Part shown: piece by piece, positions 7,431 through 17,119 of the stretch
Position numbering within the stretch: position 1 is the first letter of the stretch
Layout of the letters: every line of letters starts with the position of its first letter
NCBI RefSeq assembly: GCF_009831105.1
Contig: NZ_WUUQ01000001.1
Location: 540,001-572,000, forward strand
Direction: 5' to 3'
Length of the DNA: 32,000 nt
Source of the DNA: Copranaerobaculum intestinale
GTDB taxonomy: Bacteria > Bacillota_I > Bacilli_A > Erysipelotrichales > Erysipelotrichaceae
The notes under the pieces: model-generated
Databases searched by the model: none
What the model was told of the DNA's origin: nothing
What the model saw: the letters and a program-made list of their open reading frames with translations, nothing else
Program-made: the position numbers and the translations under genes

Positions 7431-9494
7431 ATGTCGAAAAAACAAAATACTTCGAGCTTTTTAAGCGGCGAACTGATAAAGACATCGCTGATCGGAGCGG
7501 TAAAAAAACTCAGTCCCCGCTATATGATGAAAAATCCGGTCATGTTCGTTGTGGAAATCGGATTCTTAATATCCGTCATACTTGTGTTCTTTCCCCATCT
7601 ATTTCATGATCAGGGAGCGAATTTGAGAATATACAATGGAATCGTTGCTTTTATTTTATTGATCACGGTGCTGTTTGCGAACTTCGCTGAATCGGTTGCG
7701 GAAGGACGCGGCAAGGCACAAGCGGAAAGCTTAAAGAAAACCCGTAAGGATACCACAGCGCGGCGCTTACGGGAGGATGGTGAATATGAAAGCATCAGCG
7801 CATCGGAATTGAAGCGCGGTGATATCGTTCTTGTGAATGCTGGCGAGTTAATTCCATCTGATGGAGAAATTATAGAAGGCATCGCATCCATTGATGAATC
7901 GGCAATCACCGGTGAATCGGCTCCGGTATTAAAAGAGAGCGGCGGAGATTTCGCGAGTGTGACCGGGGGCACTACTGTAGTTTCTGATTGGATCAAGGTA
8001 TCCATCACTGCACAGCCGGGACATTCCTTTTTGGATAAAATGATTGCCTTGGTAGAATGCGCATCGCGTCAAAAGACACCAAATGAAATTGCATTAAGCA
8101 CCTTGCTGGTATCACTGACATTGATCTTTTTAATCGTAATCGTTACGCTGTATCCGATTGCGAAATACACAAATACAACCATCGCAATATCAACGTTGAT
8201 CGCACTGACTGTCTGTCTTATACCTACTACGATCGGCGGCTTGCTGTCGGCGATCGGTATTGCCGGAATGGATCGAGTGACCCGTTTCAATGTTATCGCG
8301 ATGTCAGGCAAGGCGGTAGAGGCATGCGGTGATGTGGATACGATGATTCTTGATAAAACCGGTACCATTACCTATGGCAATCGGCTTGCTTCAGCGTTTA
8401 TTCCGGTAGCGGGCATCGCGGCCGAAGAACTCATCCGTTATGCGGTCATCGCTTCCCTGCAGGATGATACACCGGAAGGGAAGTCGATTGTCGATTTGGC
8501 TTCTCAGATGGGAGTTCATGTGGATCTGGAAAAACTGGGACCGACAAACTTTGTGGAATTTACAGCGCAAACCAGAATGAGCGGTATCGATATTGAGAAG
8601 GGGACACAAAAGATTCGCAAGGGTGCAGCAGACGCGATAATCAACTATGTGAGGAGCTTAGGCGGAAGGATACCAAAAGACCTGCAGGAGCATGTCAACG
8701 ATGTATCCAAATGCGGGGGAACTCCGCTGGTCGTAGCGGCAGATGCAGTCATCTACGGCGTTATCTATTTAAAGGATACAGTGAAACCGGGACTCGTGGA
8801 ACGCTTTGCACGGCTGCGGGAAATTGGTATCAAAACGATTATGTGTACGGGTGATAACCCTTTGACTGCCGCTACTATTGCGGCTGAAGCCGGTGTAGAT
8901 GGTTATATTGCCGAATGTAAACCGGAAGATAAAATCGAAGCAATCAAAAAGGAACAGGCGGAAGGCAAGATTGTAGCGATGACCGGAGACGGTACCAATG
9001 ATGCACCGGCACTCGCTCAGGCAGATGTCGGACTGGCGATGAACAGCGGTACATCGGCAGCGAAGGAAGCCGCAAATATGGTGGATTTAGATAGTGATCC
9101 CACCAAAATTCTGGAAGTGGTGGAAATCGGAAAGCAGCTCTTGATTACTCGAGGTTCTCTTACTACATTCAGTATAGCGAATGACGTGGCAAAGTACTTT
9201 GCGATTATTCCGGCGATGTTTACAATCGCGATCCCACAGATGAACGTGTTGAATATCATGCACTTGAGTACCCCGTACAGCGCAGTATTATCCGCTTTGA
9301 TTTTCAATGCGGTGATTATTCCGTGCTTGATTCCCCTGGCGATGAAAGGCGTTCACTATCGTCCGATGAGCGCCTCGCGCATGCTGGGCAGAAATATGAT
9401 GATCTATGGATTAGGCGGTATTATTTGCCCGTTTATCGCTATTAAATGCATTGATATCCTTGTGGCTCCCTTGTTGGTCATGCTGGGATTTTAG
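7431..9494 (+). CDS. kdpB: Potassium-transporting P-type ATPase subunit KdpB
   Basis: DKTGTIT phosphorylation motif, [11 protein letters not shown] hinge motif, 687 aa. Confidence 0.95.
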   Translation: MSKKQNTSSFLSGELIKTSLIGAVKKLSPRYMMKNPVMFVVEIGFLISVILVFFPHLFHDQGANLRIYNGIVAFILLITVLFANFAESVAEGRGKAQAESLKKTRKDTTARRLREDGEYESISASELKRGDIVLVNAGELIPSDGEIIEGIASIDESAITGESAPVLKESGGDFASVTGGTTVVSDWIKVSITAQPGHSFLDKMIALVECASRQKTPNEIALSTLLVSLTLIFLIVIVTLYPIAKYTNTTIAISTLIALTVCLIPTTIGGLLSAIGIAGMDRVTRFNVIAMSGKAVEACGDVDTMILDKTGTITYGNRLASAFIPVAGIAAEELIRYAVIASLQDDTPEGKSIVDLASQMGVHVDLEKLGPTNFVEFTAQTRMSGIDIEKGTQKIRKGAADAIINYVRSLGGRIPKDLQEHVNDVSKCGGTPLVVAADAVIYGVIYLKDTVKPGLVERFARLREIGIKTIMCTGDNPLTAATIAAEAGVDGYIAECKPEDKIEAIKKEQAEGKIVAMTGDGTNDAPALAQADVGLAMNSGTSAAKEAANMVDLDSDPTKILEVVEIGKQLLITRGSLTTFSIANDVAKYFAIIPAMFTIAIPQMNVLNIMHLSTPYSAVLSALIFNAVIIPCLIPLAMKGVHYRPMSASRMLGRNMMIYGLGGIICPFIAIKCIDILVAPLLVMLGF

Positions 9495-9505
9495 GAGGTA
9501 TGGTT

Positions 9506-10132
9506 ATGAAAAAGGTTTGGAATTCCCTTCGTACGGCACTCGTGTTTGCGGTTACGATGATCGTGCTCTGCGGTTTTGTATATCCGCTGGCTTTGACCGG
9601 TGTATCGCAGCTGCTGTTCCCGAAGCAGGCCAACGGCTCCCTTATTGAAATCGGCGGCAAGGTTGTCGGCTCATCTCTGATCGGTCAGGATTTTGAGGAT
9701 GCAAGGTTCTTCAAAGGACGTCCCAGCGCGGTAGGATACAACACCTATACAGCCGAAGCGAAAAAGGCTGGTACGTATGCGGGATTGAGCAGCGGTTCTT
9801 ATAACTATGCGCCGTCTAATCCGGATTTGAAAAAACGTATCGAAAAGGATATTCAGAAGTTTTTGAAAGCAAATCCTGATAAAGAGCGTAAAGATATTCC
9901 GATGGATTTGATTACCGCATCCGGAAGCGGTCTCGATCCGGATATTACACCGGAAGCAGCGCTTGTCCAGGTTGATGGAATTGCGAAAGCGAGCGGATTG
10001 TCAAAATCTGAGCTGAAAGCGATCATACAGCGAAATACCACCGCAAAGATGTTAGGAAGCTTTGGTGAAGAGCATGTCAATGTGTTGGCGTGCAATTTGG
10101 AAATTGCACAGAAAATCGGTATAATCTCATAA
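9506..10132 (+). CDS. kdpC: Potassium-transporting ATPase subunit KdpC
   Basis: About 208 aa with one N-terminal TM helix and a GSGLDP motif. AGGAGG (9493-9498) is 7 nt from ATG 9506; ATG 9500 is only 1 nt away. Confidence 0.9.
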   Translation: MKKVWNSLRTALVFAVTMIVLCGFVYPLALTGVSQLLFPKQANGSLIEIGGKVVGSSLIGQDFEDARFFKGRPSAVGYNTYTAEAKKAGTYAGLSSGSYNYAPSNPDLKKRIEKDIQKFLKANPDKERKDIPMDLITASGSGLDPDITPEAALVQVDGIAKASGLSKSELKAIIQRNTTAKMLGSFGEEHVNVLACNLEIAQKIGIIS

Positions 10133-10138
10133 ACCCAG

Positions 10139-10174
10139 CACCCGCACGGCGGGTGTTTCATAATGTGTTATAAT
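10139..10174 (+). promoter_or_regulatory. Inter-operon hairpin plus extended -10 promoter ahead of kdpD
   Basis: CACCCGC-ACG-GCGGGTG (10139-10155) followed by TTT, then TGtTATAAT (10166-10174). Confidence 0.4.
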
Positions 10175-10212
10175 AGTTTCAAAATTCAGAAATCAAGAGA
10201 TGAGGTGTCAAT

Positions 10213-12924
10213 GTGGAACAGCAAATACAGGATTCAAAAGCTTGGCGGACTGGTAGTAAAATTGATAAGTCCTCAGGTACCGGTAAACTGAAAATTTTTT
10301 TTGGATATGCGGCTGGGGTCGGCAAAACCTATGCGATGCTGGAAGCTGCGCATGTTGCGAAAAAAAGCGGCATTGATATCGTCATTGGGTATATAGAACC
10401 TCACGCCCGACCGGAAACAAACGCCTTGACACAAGGATTGGAAATACTTCCCAAAAAGCAGATTGAATATCGCGGGGTCCATTTGGAAGAGTTTGATCTG
10501 GACAATGCCCTGCGGCGCCGTCCGCAGTTGATTCTGGTAGATGAGCTCGCACACACCAACGCGGCAGGCAGCCGTCATCCGAAACGGTATCATGATGTCA
10601 AAGAACTGCTTAGAGCGGGGATCAATGTATACACGACCGTGAATGTACAGCATTTGGAAAGTTTAAATGATATGGTTAGCGCAATTACGAAAATTAAAGT
10701 AAATGAGCGCATTCCCGATAAACTGTTTGATCAGGCTGCCAAGGTAGAATTGGTGGATATTGAACCGGAGGAGCTGATCGCACGGCTGCGGGAAGGAAAA
10801 GTATATCGGGAAAAACAGGCAGAGCAGGCAGTTGAACACTTTTTCACAGTGGAGAATCTGACTGCCCTTCGTGAAATCGCGATGCGCCGATGTGCTGATC
10901 GCATGAACCGCTTGCGAGAACAGGAGCTGCAGACAAAAGACTTTCATGTCCGGGAACATCTGCTGATCTGTTTAAGCAGTTCACCGTCTAATGAAAAAGT
11001 AATTCGTACTGCGGCCCGCATGGCGAATGTTTATCATGGTGAATTTACCGCGTTGTATGTAGAAACACCGGATCAGGATGGCGACGTTTTGATGCAGGAC
11101 AGCCAGTTTAAACGAAATTTGAAGCTAGCGCATCAGCTTGGCGCACATATTGCGACCGTAAGTGGAGATGACGTGGCTTTTCAGATTGCGGAATATGCAA
11201 AATCACGCAATGTTTCACAGATTATATTAGGAAGAACCAATTCCCATACATCTTTCTTTCCGAAAGCATCTCTGGTTGAAAAGCTTACTGAGTACGCGCC
11301 GGACATGGATATCTACATTATCCCGGACCGCGTGTACCAGCCTAAACCGAGACATCCGGTGCTCAGCAAAACCAAACTCAGCGTATGGGATTTTTCTGTA
11401 ACATCGATCATTTTATCGATTTGCACGTTGATCGGAATTGGATTTTATCATGCGCAATGGAATGAAGCGAACATCGTACTCATTTTTATATTGGGTATTC
11501 TGTTAATCTCGGTCATGGCGAAAGAACGGCTGTATAGTGTGGTATCCTGTGTTATCTCTGTGCTGGTCTTTAATTACTTTTTCACCGAGCCGCGGTTTAC
11601 CCTAAATGCGTATGCACCGGAATATCCGCTGACCTTTTTGATCATGCTGATCGTTGCGCTGACCGTAAATTCGATGACGACCCGTTTGAAAAAACAGGCA
11701 CGGCTGTCCGCGATGAAATCACGGCGGACCGAAGTTTTATTGGAAACTGATCATATGCTTCAAATGGCGAAAAACATGGATGAGATCATGCATGCCAGCT
11801 GTCGGCAGATTGCCAAGCTATTGAATCGTCTGGTGATCTTTTATCCGGCCGCCGATGGAAGGCTGGAAGCTCCTATTTTCAGTAATGCGTTTATCAGTGA
11901 GGAAGAAAAAACATCTTATACCAACGAATTTGAACACAATGTAGCAGAATGGGTCTTAAAAAACCAGCGTTCTGCAGGAGCTTCAACCAATACACTTCCA
12001 GCATCTAAGGTTCTTTATTTTGCGGTTCGTACGGATGATGAAACCCTTGCGGTAGTCGGGATTGCAATGGAAAAGCAGGGTGAGCTTCCGGAATTTGAAC
12101 GATCCATTCTGATTTCGATGCTGAATGAGACGGCCTTTGCTTTGGAAAAGTCCGTTTTAAATGAGGCGAAAAAGAAAATTGCCATGGAAGCAGAAAAAGA
12201 ACGGCTGCGGGCCAATCTGCTGCGGGCAATTTCGCATGATCTGCGCACACCGCTGACTTCAATCTCCGGCAATGCGGATATTCTGTTGAAGAATGGGATT
12301 GCACTATCGGATGATGTACGCCACCAGATCTATGACGATATTTATCATGATGCGGAGTGGTTGAAGAATTTAGTGGAAAATTTGCTTGCGATTACAAAGG
12401 CAGAAAACGGAAATATGCAATTATCACTGCATGGAGAATTGTTGGAGGATGTTATCAATGAAGCGCTTCAGCATCTGGATCGCCGAAGTATTGACCATAT
12501 TATCAAGACTCATATACCCGACGACATGCTGATGGCAAAGGTCGATCCGAAATTGATCGTCCAAGTAATTATCAATTTAGTAGATAATGCGATAAAATAT
12601 ACCCAGAAAGGATCACAAATTGAAATCACCGCGGTTCGTCATGCAGATCTTGCAGTGGTGGAGGTAATCGACAACGGGCCGGGTATTGCAGATGCGGATC
12701 AGGAAGCAATCTTTGATATGTTTTATACCGCTGATAATGAAACCGGTGACCGCCGCCGCGGACTGGGATTGGGCTTAGCCCTATGCAAGTCAATCGTTGA
12801 AGCGCATGGCGGTAAAATATATGTCCTTGACAATTATCCAAAAGGAACGATTTTTGGTTTTACATTACAGATAGAGGAGGTAAGACTTCATGAAGAAAGC
12901 GACGATTCTCGTTGTGGAGGATGA
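10213..12924 (+). CDS. kdpD: Sensor histidine kinase KdpD (KdpD N-domain, Usp, TM block, HisKA/HATPase)
   Basis: 903 aa with a GTG start. N-terminal GVGKTYAML P-loop-like motif, four central TM helices, H-box SHDLRTPLTSI, and G-boxes DNGPGI and GLGLGLA. Confidence 0.93.
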   Translation: MEQQIQDSKAWRTGSKIDKSSGTGKLKIFFGYAAGVGKTYAMLEAAHVAKKSGIDIVIGYIEPHARPETNALTQGLEILPKKQIEYRGVHLEEFDLDNALRRRPQLILVDELAHTNAAGSRHPKRYHDVKELLRAGINVYTTVNVQHLESLNDMVSAITKIKVNERIPDKLFDQAAKVELVDIEPEELIARLREGKVYREKQAEQAVEHFFTVENLTALREIAMRRCADRMNRLREQELQTKDFHVREHLLICLSSSPSNEKVIRTAARMANVYHGEFTALYVETPDQDGDVLMQDSQFKRNLKLAHQLGAHIATVSGDDVAFQIAEYAKSRNVSQIILGRTNSHTSFFPKASLVEKLTEYAPDMDIYIIPDRVYQPKPRHPVLSKTKLSVWDFSVTSIILSICTLIGIGFYHAQWNEANIVLIFILGILLISVMAKERLYSVVSCVISVLVFNYFFTEPRFTLNAYAPEYPLTFLIMLIVALTVNSMTTRLKKQARLSAMKSRRTEVLLETDHMLQMAKNMDEIMHASCRQIAKLLNRLVIFYPAADGRLEAPIFSNAFISEEEKTSYTNEFEHNVAEWVLKNQRSAGASTNTLPASKVLYFAVRTDDETLAVVGIAMEKQGELPEFERSILISMLNETAFALEKSVLNEAKKKIAMEAEKERLRANLLRAISHDLRTPLTSISGNADILLKNGIALSDDVRHQIYDDIYHDAEWLKNLVENLLAITKAENGNMQLSLHGELLEDVINEALQHLDRRSIDHIIKTHIPDDMLMAKVDPKLIVQVIINLVDNAIKYTQKGSQIEITAVRHADLAVVEVIDNGPGIADADQEAIFDMFYTADNETGDRRRGLGLGLALCKSIVEAHGGKIYVLDNYPKGTIFGFTLQIEEVRLHEESDDSRCGG

Positions 12925-13582
12925 TAAGGCAGTACGCAATCTGATAACGACAACCCTGGAGACACAGGGATATTTGTTTCATACTGCATCAGACGGAAAA
13001 ACAGCGATAACGGAAACGGCTTCTTATCATCCGGATGTAATTATCTTGGATTTGGGGCTGCCGGATTTTGATGGTACAGATTACATAACTAAGGTACGTA
13101 CCTGGACCCAGAATCCGATCATCGTTGTAAGTGCCCGCAGTGAGGACAGTGATAAAATTCAGGCGCTTGATCTGGGAGCCGATGATTATCTGACCAAACC
13201 CTTCAGTGTAGATGAGTTACTGGCACGAATCCGGGTAGCTTTGCGAAAGATGTCCTATGATCAGGGTTTGCGGGATGAAACGGTCTTTATTAACGGTGAT
13301 CTGAAGATTGATTATGAGGCAGGCTGCGTGTATATGGCCGATACAGAGATCCATGTCACTCCAATTGAATATAAGCTGCTCTGTCTGCTGGCACACCATG
13401 TCGGAAAGGTTCTGACGCATAACTATATTCTAAAGGAAATCTGGAATTCCACCCTGGAATCTGATACACAGTCACTGCGGGTCTTTATGGCTTCACTGCG
13501 AAAGAAAATCGAAAAAAATACCGCGGAACCGGAGTATATCCAAACCCAAATCAGCGTCGGTTACCGCATGCTAAAAAAATGA
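12890..13582 (+). CDS. kdpE: OmpR-family response regulator KdpE
   Basis: Receiver domain (ILDLGLPDFDG) plus winged-helix C-terminus (...VGYRM). It overlaps kdpD by 35 nt and has an AGAGGAGG RBS. Confidence 0.92.
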   Translation: MKKATILVVEDDKAVRNLITTTLETQGYLFHTASDGKTAITETASYHPDVIILDLGLPDFDGTDYITKVRTWTQNPIIVVSARSEDSDKIQALDLGADDYLTKPFSVDELLARIRVALRKMSYDQGLRDETVFINGDLKIDYEAGCVYMADTEIHVTPIEYKLLCLLAHHVGKVLTHNYILKEIWNSTLESDTQSLRVFMASLRKKIEKNTAEPEYIQTQISVGYRMLKK

Positions 13583-13588
13583 ATATCT

Positions 13589-13611
13589 GACTGTCAATCG
13601 ACAGTCTTTTT
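13589..13611 (+). terminator. Rho-independent terminator after kdpE
   Basis: GACTGTC-AATC-GACAGTC followed by TTTTT. Confidence 0.8.
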
Positions 13612-13660
13612 AATCGGGAACGATTATGATAGCAGGTGAATTAGAAAGAGAGGTTATGAT

Positions 13661-14155
13661 ATGCAATTAACATTTCAAGGGAAACCGGTAACCCTGATAA
13701 AAGATCCGGTGCAGAAAGGCAATAAGCTTCCGGAATTTACGATCGTAAAAAACGATTTACAGCCAATTCGCTTAAAAGATACAACCGGAGTGCGGATTTT
13801 TCTCAGTGTACCATCGCTTGATACCGGTGTGTGTTCGCTGGAAGTAGAAAACTTTATTCATATTCTGGAGGCCTATAACGATGTAGACTGTTATTGTGTA
13901 TCTATGGATTTGCCGTTTGCTCTTGATCGGTGGTGCCAAAGCAAACAGAATAGTCGGATTGTTACCGCCAGCGATTACAAAGATCGTGAATTCGCCAAGG
14001 CAACGGGTCTTTATATTGAGGAAATCGGATTGCTGGCTCGGGCTTGTATCGTGATAAATGCGGATAATGAAATTACGTATATGGAAGTGGTGAAGGAAAT
14101 CAGTGAAGAGCCAAATTATGATGCGGTGCTCAATGCGATTTCTTTTCTTTCGTAA
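13661..14155 (+). CDS. tpx: Thiol peroxidase (atypical 2-Cys peroxiredoxin Tpx)
   Basis: 164 aa. SVPSLDTGVCSLE contains the Tpx peroxidatic Cys motif (S.DT.VC). Confidence 0.88.
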   Translation: MQLTFQGKPVTLIKDPVQKGNKLPEFTIVKNDLQPIRLKDTTGVRIFLSVPSLDTGVCSLEVENFIHILEAYNDVDCYCVSMDLPFALDRWCQSKQNSRIVTASDYKDREFAKATGLYIEEIGLLARACIVINADNEITYMEVVKEISEEPNYDAVLNAISFLS

Positions 14156-14166
14156 GCGTGACTTAA

Positions 14167-14195
14167 TTGTAAGGGTATGAGTTTGGTGGTATACT
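14167..14195 (+). promoter_or_regulatory. Sigma-A promoter of the G3E GTPase pair
   Basis: -35 TTGTAA (14167-14172), 17-nt spacer, -10 TATACT (14190-14195). Confidence 0.45.
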
Positions 14196-14222
14196 AGTCC
14201 TGGTAAGAAAGAAGGAATAACC

Positions 14223-15332
14223 ATGACGAAAATTGATATCATATCCGGCTTTCTGGGCGCGGGTAAAACTACGTTTATTAAGAAATTATTGAAAGAAGCA
14301 ATGGCTGATGAACAAGTCGTGCTGATCGAGAATGAATTTGGTGAAATCGGTATTGACGGCGGCTTTTTGAAAGAGGCGGGCATTGAGATCACCGAGATGA
14401 ATTCCGGCTGCATTTGCTGTTCCTTAGTGGGAGATTTTGAGGCGGCATTACAGAAGGTGATGGATGAATACCATCCAGACCGTATTATCATCGAACCATC
14501 TGGAGTCGGTAAATTGTCTGATGTTATCGCTGCTGTTCGTACTCTGGACAATCCAAATATGGAGCTGAACAGCTTTGTGACTGTTGCGGATGTCACCAAA
14601 TGCAAAATGTATATGAAGAATTTTGGTGAATTCTATAACAATCAGATTGAAAATGCGAAAGTTATTGTATTGAGCCGTACGCAAAAGGTCGATACGGTAA
14701 AACTGGAAGCGGCAGTTGCCTTATTGAAAGAACAGAATCACGATGCGGTGATCATCACAACTCCTTGGGATACGTTGAATGGCAAACAAATATTGGATAC
14801 CATGGAGTCTCAAAAGGGCTTCCTTGAACAAGTGCTTGAAGAAAGCGATATTTGCCCGGAATGCGGGCATCATCACGATCATGGGGAACACGATCACGAA
14901 TGCTGTGGTCATCACGATCATGAGGAACACGATCACGAATGCTGCGGACATCACGATCATGGGGAACACGACCATGAATGCTGCGGACATCACGGTCATG
15001 AGGGACATGACCATGAATGCGGCTGTAGCCGCGATCATCATGGACACCATGCCGATGATGTATTTACCAGCTGGGGCGTTGAAACACCGCATACATATAC
15101 AAAAGAAGCCTTGGAAGCAATTCTAAAATCTTTATCTGAAAGCAGTAAGTACGGTATCATTCTGCGGGCTAAAGGTATGGTGCCGAACACTGAGGGCGGC
15201 TGGCTTTATTTTGATATGGTTCCGGAAGAATATGAAGTGCGTACTGGAGCTCCGGAGATTACCGGTCGTATTTGTGTAATCGGATCTAAGCTGGATGAAC
15301 AGGCTATTAAATCACTGTTCCTTCTGGCATAA
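14223..15332 (+). CDS. COG0523/CobW-type G3E P-loop GTPase with an internal His/Cys-rich repeat (putative metallochaperone)
   Basis: Walker A GFLGAGKTT, CxCC motif GCICCS, and a CobW-C-like tail. The insert is CPECGHHHDHGEHDHECCGHHDHEEHDHECCGHHDHGEHDHECCGHHGHEGHDHECGC. Confidence 0.85.
   Translation: MTKIDIISGFLGAGKTTFIKKLLKEAMADEQVVLIENEFGEIGIDGGFLKEAGIEITEMNSGCICCSLVGDFEAALQKVMDEYHPDRIIIEPSGVGKLSDVIAAVRTLDNPNMELNSFVTVADVTKCKMYMKNFGEFYNNQIENAKVIVLSRTQKVDTVKLEAAVALLKEQNHDAVIITTPWDTLNGKQILDTMESQKGFLEQVLEESDICPECGHHHDHGEHDHECCGHHDHEEHDHECCGHHDHGEHDHECCGHHGHEGHDHECGCSRDHHGHHADDVFTSWGVETPHTYTKEALEAILKSLSESSKYGIILRAKGMVPNTEGGWLYFDMVPEEYEVRTGAPEITGRICVIGSKLDEQAIKSLFLLA
14871..15026 (+). repeat. 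Four tandem 39-bp in-frame repeats encoding HHDHGEHDHECCG-type units
   Basis: Units at 14871-14909, 14910-14948, 14949-14987 and 14988-15026. The first three differ by only a few nucleotides. Confidence 0.9.
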
Positions 15333-15343
15333 GGAGAATCTTC

Positions 15344-16276
15344 ATGGAAATACCAGTTTATTTATTCACCGGCTTTCTGGAGAGCGGAAAAAGTACGTTG
15401 ATACAGGAAACCTTAGCCGATCCGGAATTCACCGAGGATGAGAAAACGCTGCTGATCTTGTGTGAAGACGGGGAAGTTGAGTTTGACGATGCCGTATTAG
15501 CGGACTATCACTGTGATATTGTGCGCGTCGAAAAGGAAGCCGACTTTTCATCTGATCAGCTTGCTGCATGGCAGAAAGAATATCGTCCTGATCGAGTGAT
15601 GATCGAGTTTAACGGTACATGGAGCGTAAAGCGATTTCTTGAAATGGAACCACCGATCGGCTGGATTTTGGTTCAGATCATAACAACCGTGGATGCCAGC
15701 ACCTTTGAATCCTATATCAGCAATATGCGATCGATGATCTATGAACAGCTGTTTGCTTCACAGGTTATTATTTTCAATCGCTGTGATGAGACTACCCGCA
15801 AAGGCTACCTTCGCAGCAATGTCAAGGCAATAAACAAACGGGCTCAGATCATTTATGAAAAGCGGGATGGTACACTCGATGAATATAAAAATGAGGATAT
15901 GCCGTTTGATCTGCATGCCGATGTGATCATGATACAGGATGATGATTATGGCATCTGGTATATGGATGCTTTAGAAAATCCGGAAAAATATCGGGGCAAA
16001 ATCGTTCAATTTAAAGCAAAAGTAATTGAAAAATTGAAGGGTGAATTTGTTTTAGGACGCTATGCCATGGTTTGCTGCGCCGATGATCTATCCTTAATCG
16101 GACTGCTGTGCCGAACCCACCATTTGGATCAGGTGAAAAAGGATGAGTGGATAACGCTCACCGCTTCCATTGGAGTGGAATTTGATGAGGAATACGGTTC
16201 CGATGTACCGATTCTTTACGATAAGAAAATAATTTCAGCAGATGCTCCACAGGAAGAACTAGTCTATTTTACATAA
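15344..16276 (+). CDS. Divergent G3E-like GTPase lacking CxCC, with a C-terminal CC..DD domain
   Basis: 310 aa. Walker A GFLESGKST, NRCD (NKxD-like), and no CxCC. The C-terminal GRYAMVCCADDLSLIGLLCR resembles, from recall, the DUF1980/TIGR03943 C-terminal motif. AAGGAG RBS lies 11 nt after the preceding stop. Confidence 0.6.
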   Translation: MEIPVYLFTGFLESGKSTLIQETLADPEFTEDEKTLLILCEDGEVEFDDAVLADYHCDIVRVEKEADFSSDQLAAWQKEYRPDRVMIEFNGTWSVKRFLEMEPPIGWILVQIITTVDASTFESYISNMRSMIYEQLFASQVIIFNRCDETTRKGYLRSNVKAINKRAQIIYEKRDGTLDEYKNEDMPFDLHADVIMIQDDDYGIWYMDALENPEKYRGKIVQFKAKVIEKLKGEFVLGRYAMVCCADDLSLIGLLCRTHHLDQVKKDEWITLTASIGVEFDEEYGSDVPILYDKKIISADAPQEELVYFT

Positions 16277-16298
16277 ACGGCTGCTTAGGCCGTTTTTT
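16276..16298 (+). terminator. Rho-independent terminator after the GTPase pair
   Basis: AACGGC-TGCTTAG-GCCGTT followed by TTTT. Confidence 0.75.
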
Positions 16299-16605
16299 AT
16301 ACGCTATTTTTTGAAAACAAATTATGATAAAATTTTATAGAGATATATAACAAAAGTTAGTGATGATAATGTATGTTTAAAATATTTGTATATACTTATT
16401 CTTCTTATACAAAAGATATTTTTATTAACTATGTGCAATGTACAGTGTTATGGTAAAACAAAAGATTGATAAAGGAAGCTTTATATGCCACGACCTATGC
16501 TTTAATTTATGTATATTGTAATAAAAAGAAAATGATACAAGGCTTCAAAAATAGCGGAGAGCATATATTCGAGGAAGTGTTTATCTATTAGAGGAGGAAA
16601 TGCAA

Positions 16606-16905
16606 ATGAAAAAATTAATAGTATTATGGGTATGCATCTTACTCTTGTTTTTCACATCTTGGATTTATGCATTTTTCTTTTTCTTGAATACGCCTAAAAT
16701 CCCTACTCCTGGTGGTATAACTCAAACTGAAAACGAATATTGGATACAACAAATTAATAAGCATGATCCCCATGCTTACATGGTCATCGTTGTGTATGTA
16801 GTGAATGCTATCATTATCATCAGTGCGATCATTTACACAATAAGTAAGGTTCGTAAGATGACAAAAAATAAACAAACAGATAAGACTTCACTAGATGATA
16901 AGTAA
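16606..16905 (+). CDS. Orphan small membrane protein (two predicted TM helices, Lys-rich tail)
   Basis: GAGGAGG (16591-16597) is 8 nt from ATG 16606. Hydrophobic stretches LIVLWVCILLLFFTSWIYAFFFFL and MVIVVYVVNAIIIISAIIYTI. I recognise no family. Confidence 0.5.
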   Translation: MKKLIVLWVCILLLFFTSWIYAFFFFLNTPKIPTPGGITQTENEYWIQQINKHDPHAYMVIVVYVVNAIIIISAIIYTISKVRKMTKNKQTDKTSLDDK

Positions 16906-16957
16906 TTGCTTGAGGATTGCTATCCACTTGAAATATTTCTTTTTAAACTTCCTAGTA

Positions 16958-16981
16958 AGAGCGGCCGTTTGCCGCTTTTTG
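16958..16981 (+). terminator. Rho-independent terminator after the small membrane protein gene
   Basis: GCGGC-CGTTT-GCCGC followed by TTTTT. Confidence 0.65.
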
Positions 16982-17084
16982 TATTCTTATGATCCTTATA
17001 TTATTATCTGGATTGAAGGTAGCAGAGAATATGTGATCCTATCTATTCATGAGCATATTAAAATCATAAAATAGATAAGCTGTT

Positions 17085-17113
17085 TTGTGCCAATATGAAA
17101 ATTATGGTAATAT
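17085..17113 (+). promoter_or_regulatory. Sigma-A promoter positioned for a leaderless transcript of the GGDEF gene
   Basis: -35 TTGTGC (17085-17090), 17-nt spacer, extended -10 TGgTAATAT (17105-17113). ATG 17120 is 7 nt after the -10 and has no Shine-Dalgarno. Confidence 0.45.
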
Positions 17114-17119
17114 AGATGT

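Noticed and set aside
14156-14222. A Zur or other metalloregulator operator upstream of the COG0523 pair.
   Set aside because: I found no AT-rich palindrome of the TCGTAAT-N-ATTACGA type and no other clear inverted repeat overlapping the promoter.
13772-14605. A 277-aa minus-strand ORF spanning the tpx gene and the start of the COG0523 gene.
   Set aside because: It is antisense to two well-supported genes, crosses their intergenic promoter, and has no RBS. Its translation is low-complexity and Ser/Ile/Phe-rich. It is most likely a chance open frame.
14721-15126. Overlapping ORFs (123 aa on minus, 115 aa on plus) across the His/Cys repeat.
   Set aside because: These are alternative-frame readings of the 39-bp tandem repeat. 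They have no independent start signals and lie inside a gene with clear GTPase motifs.
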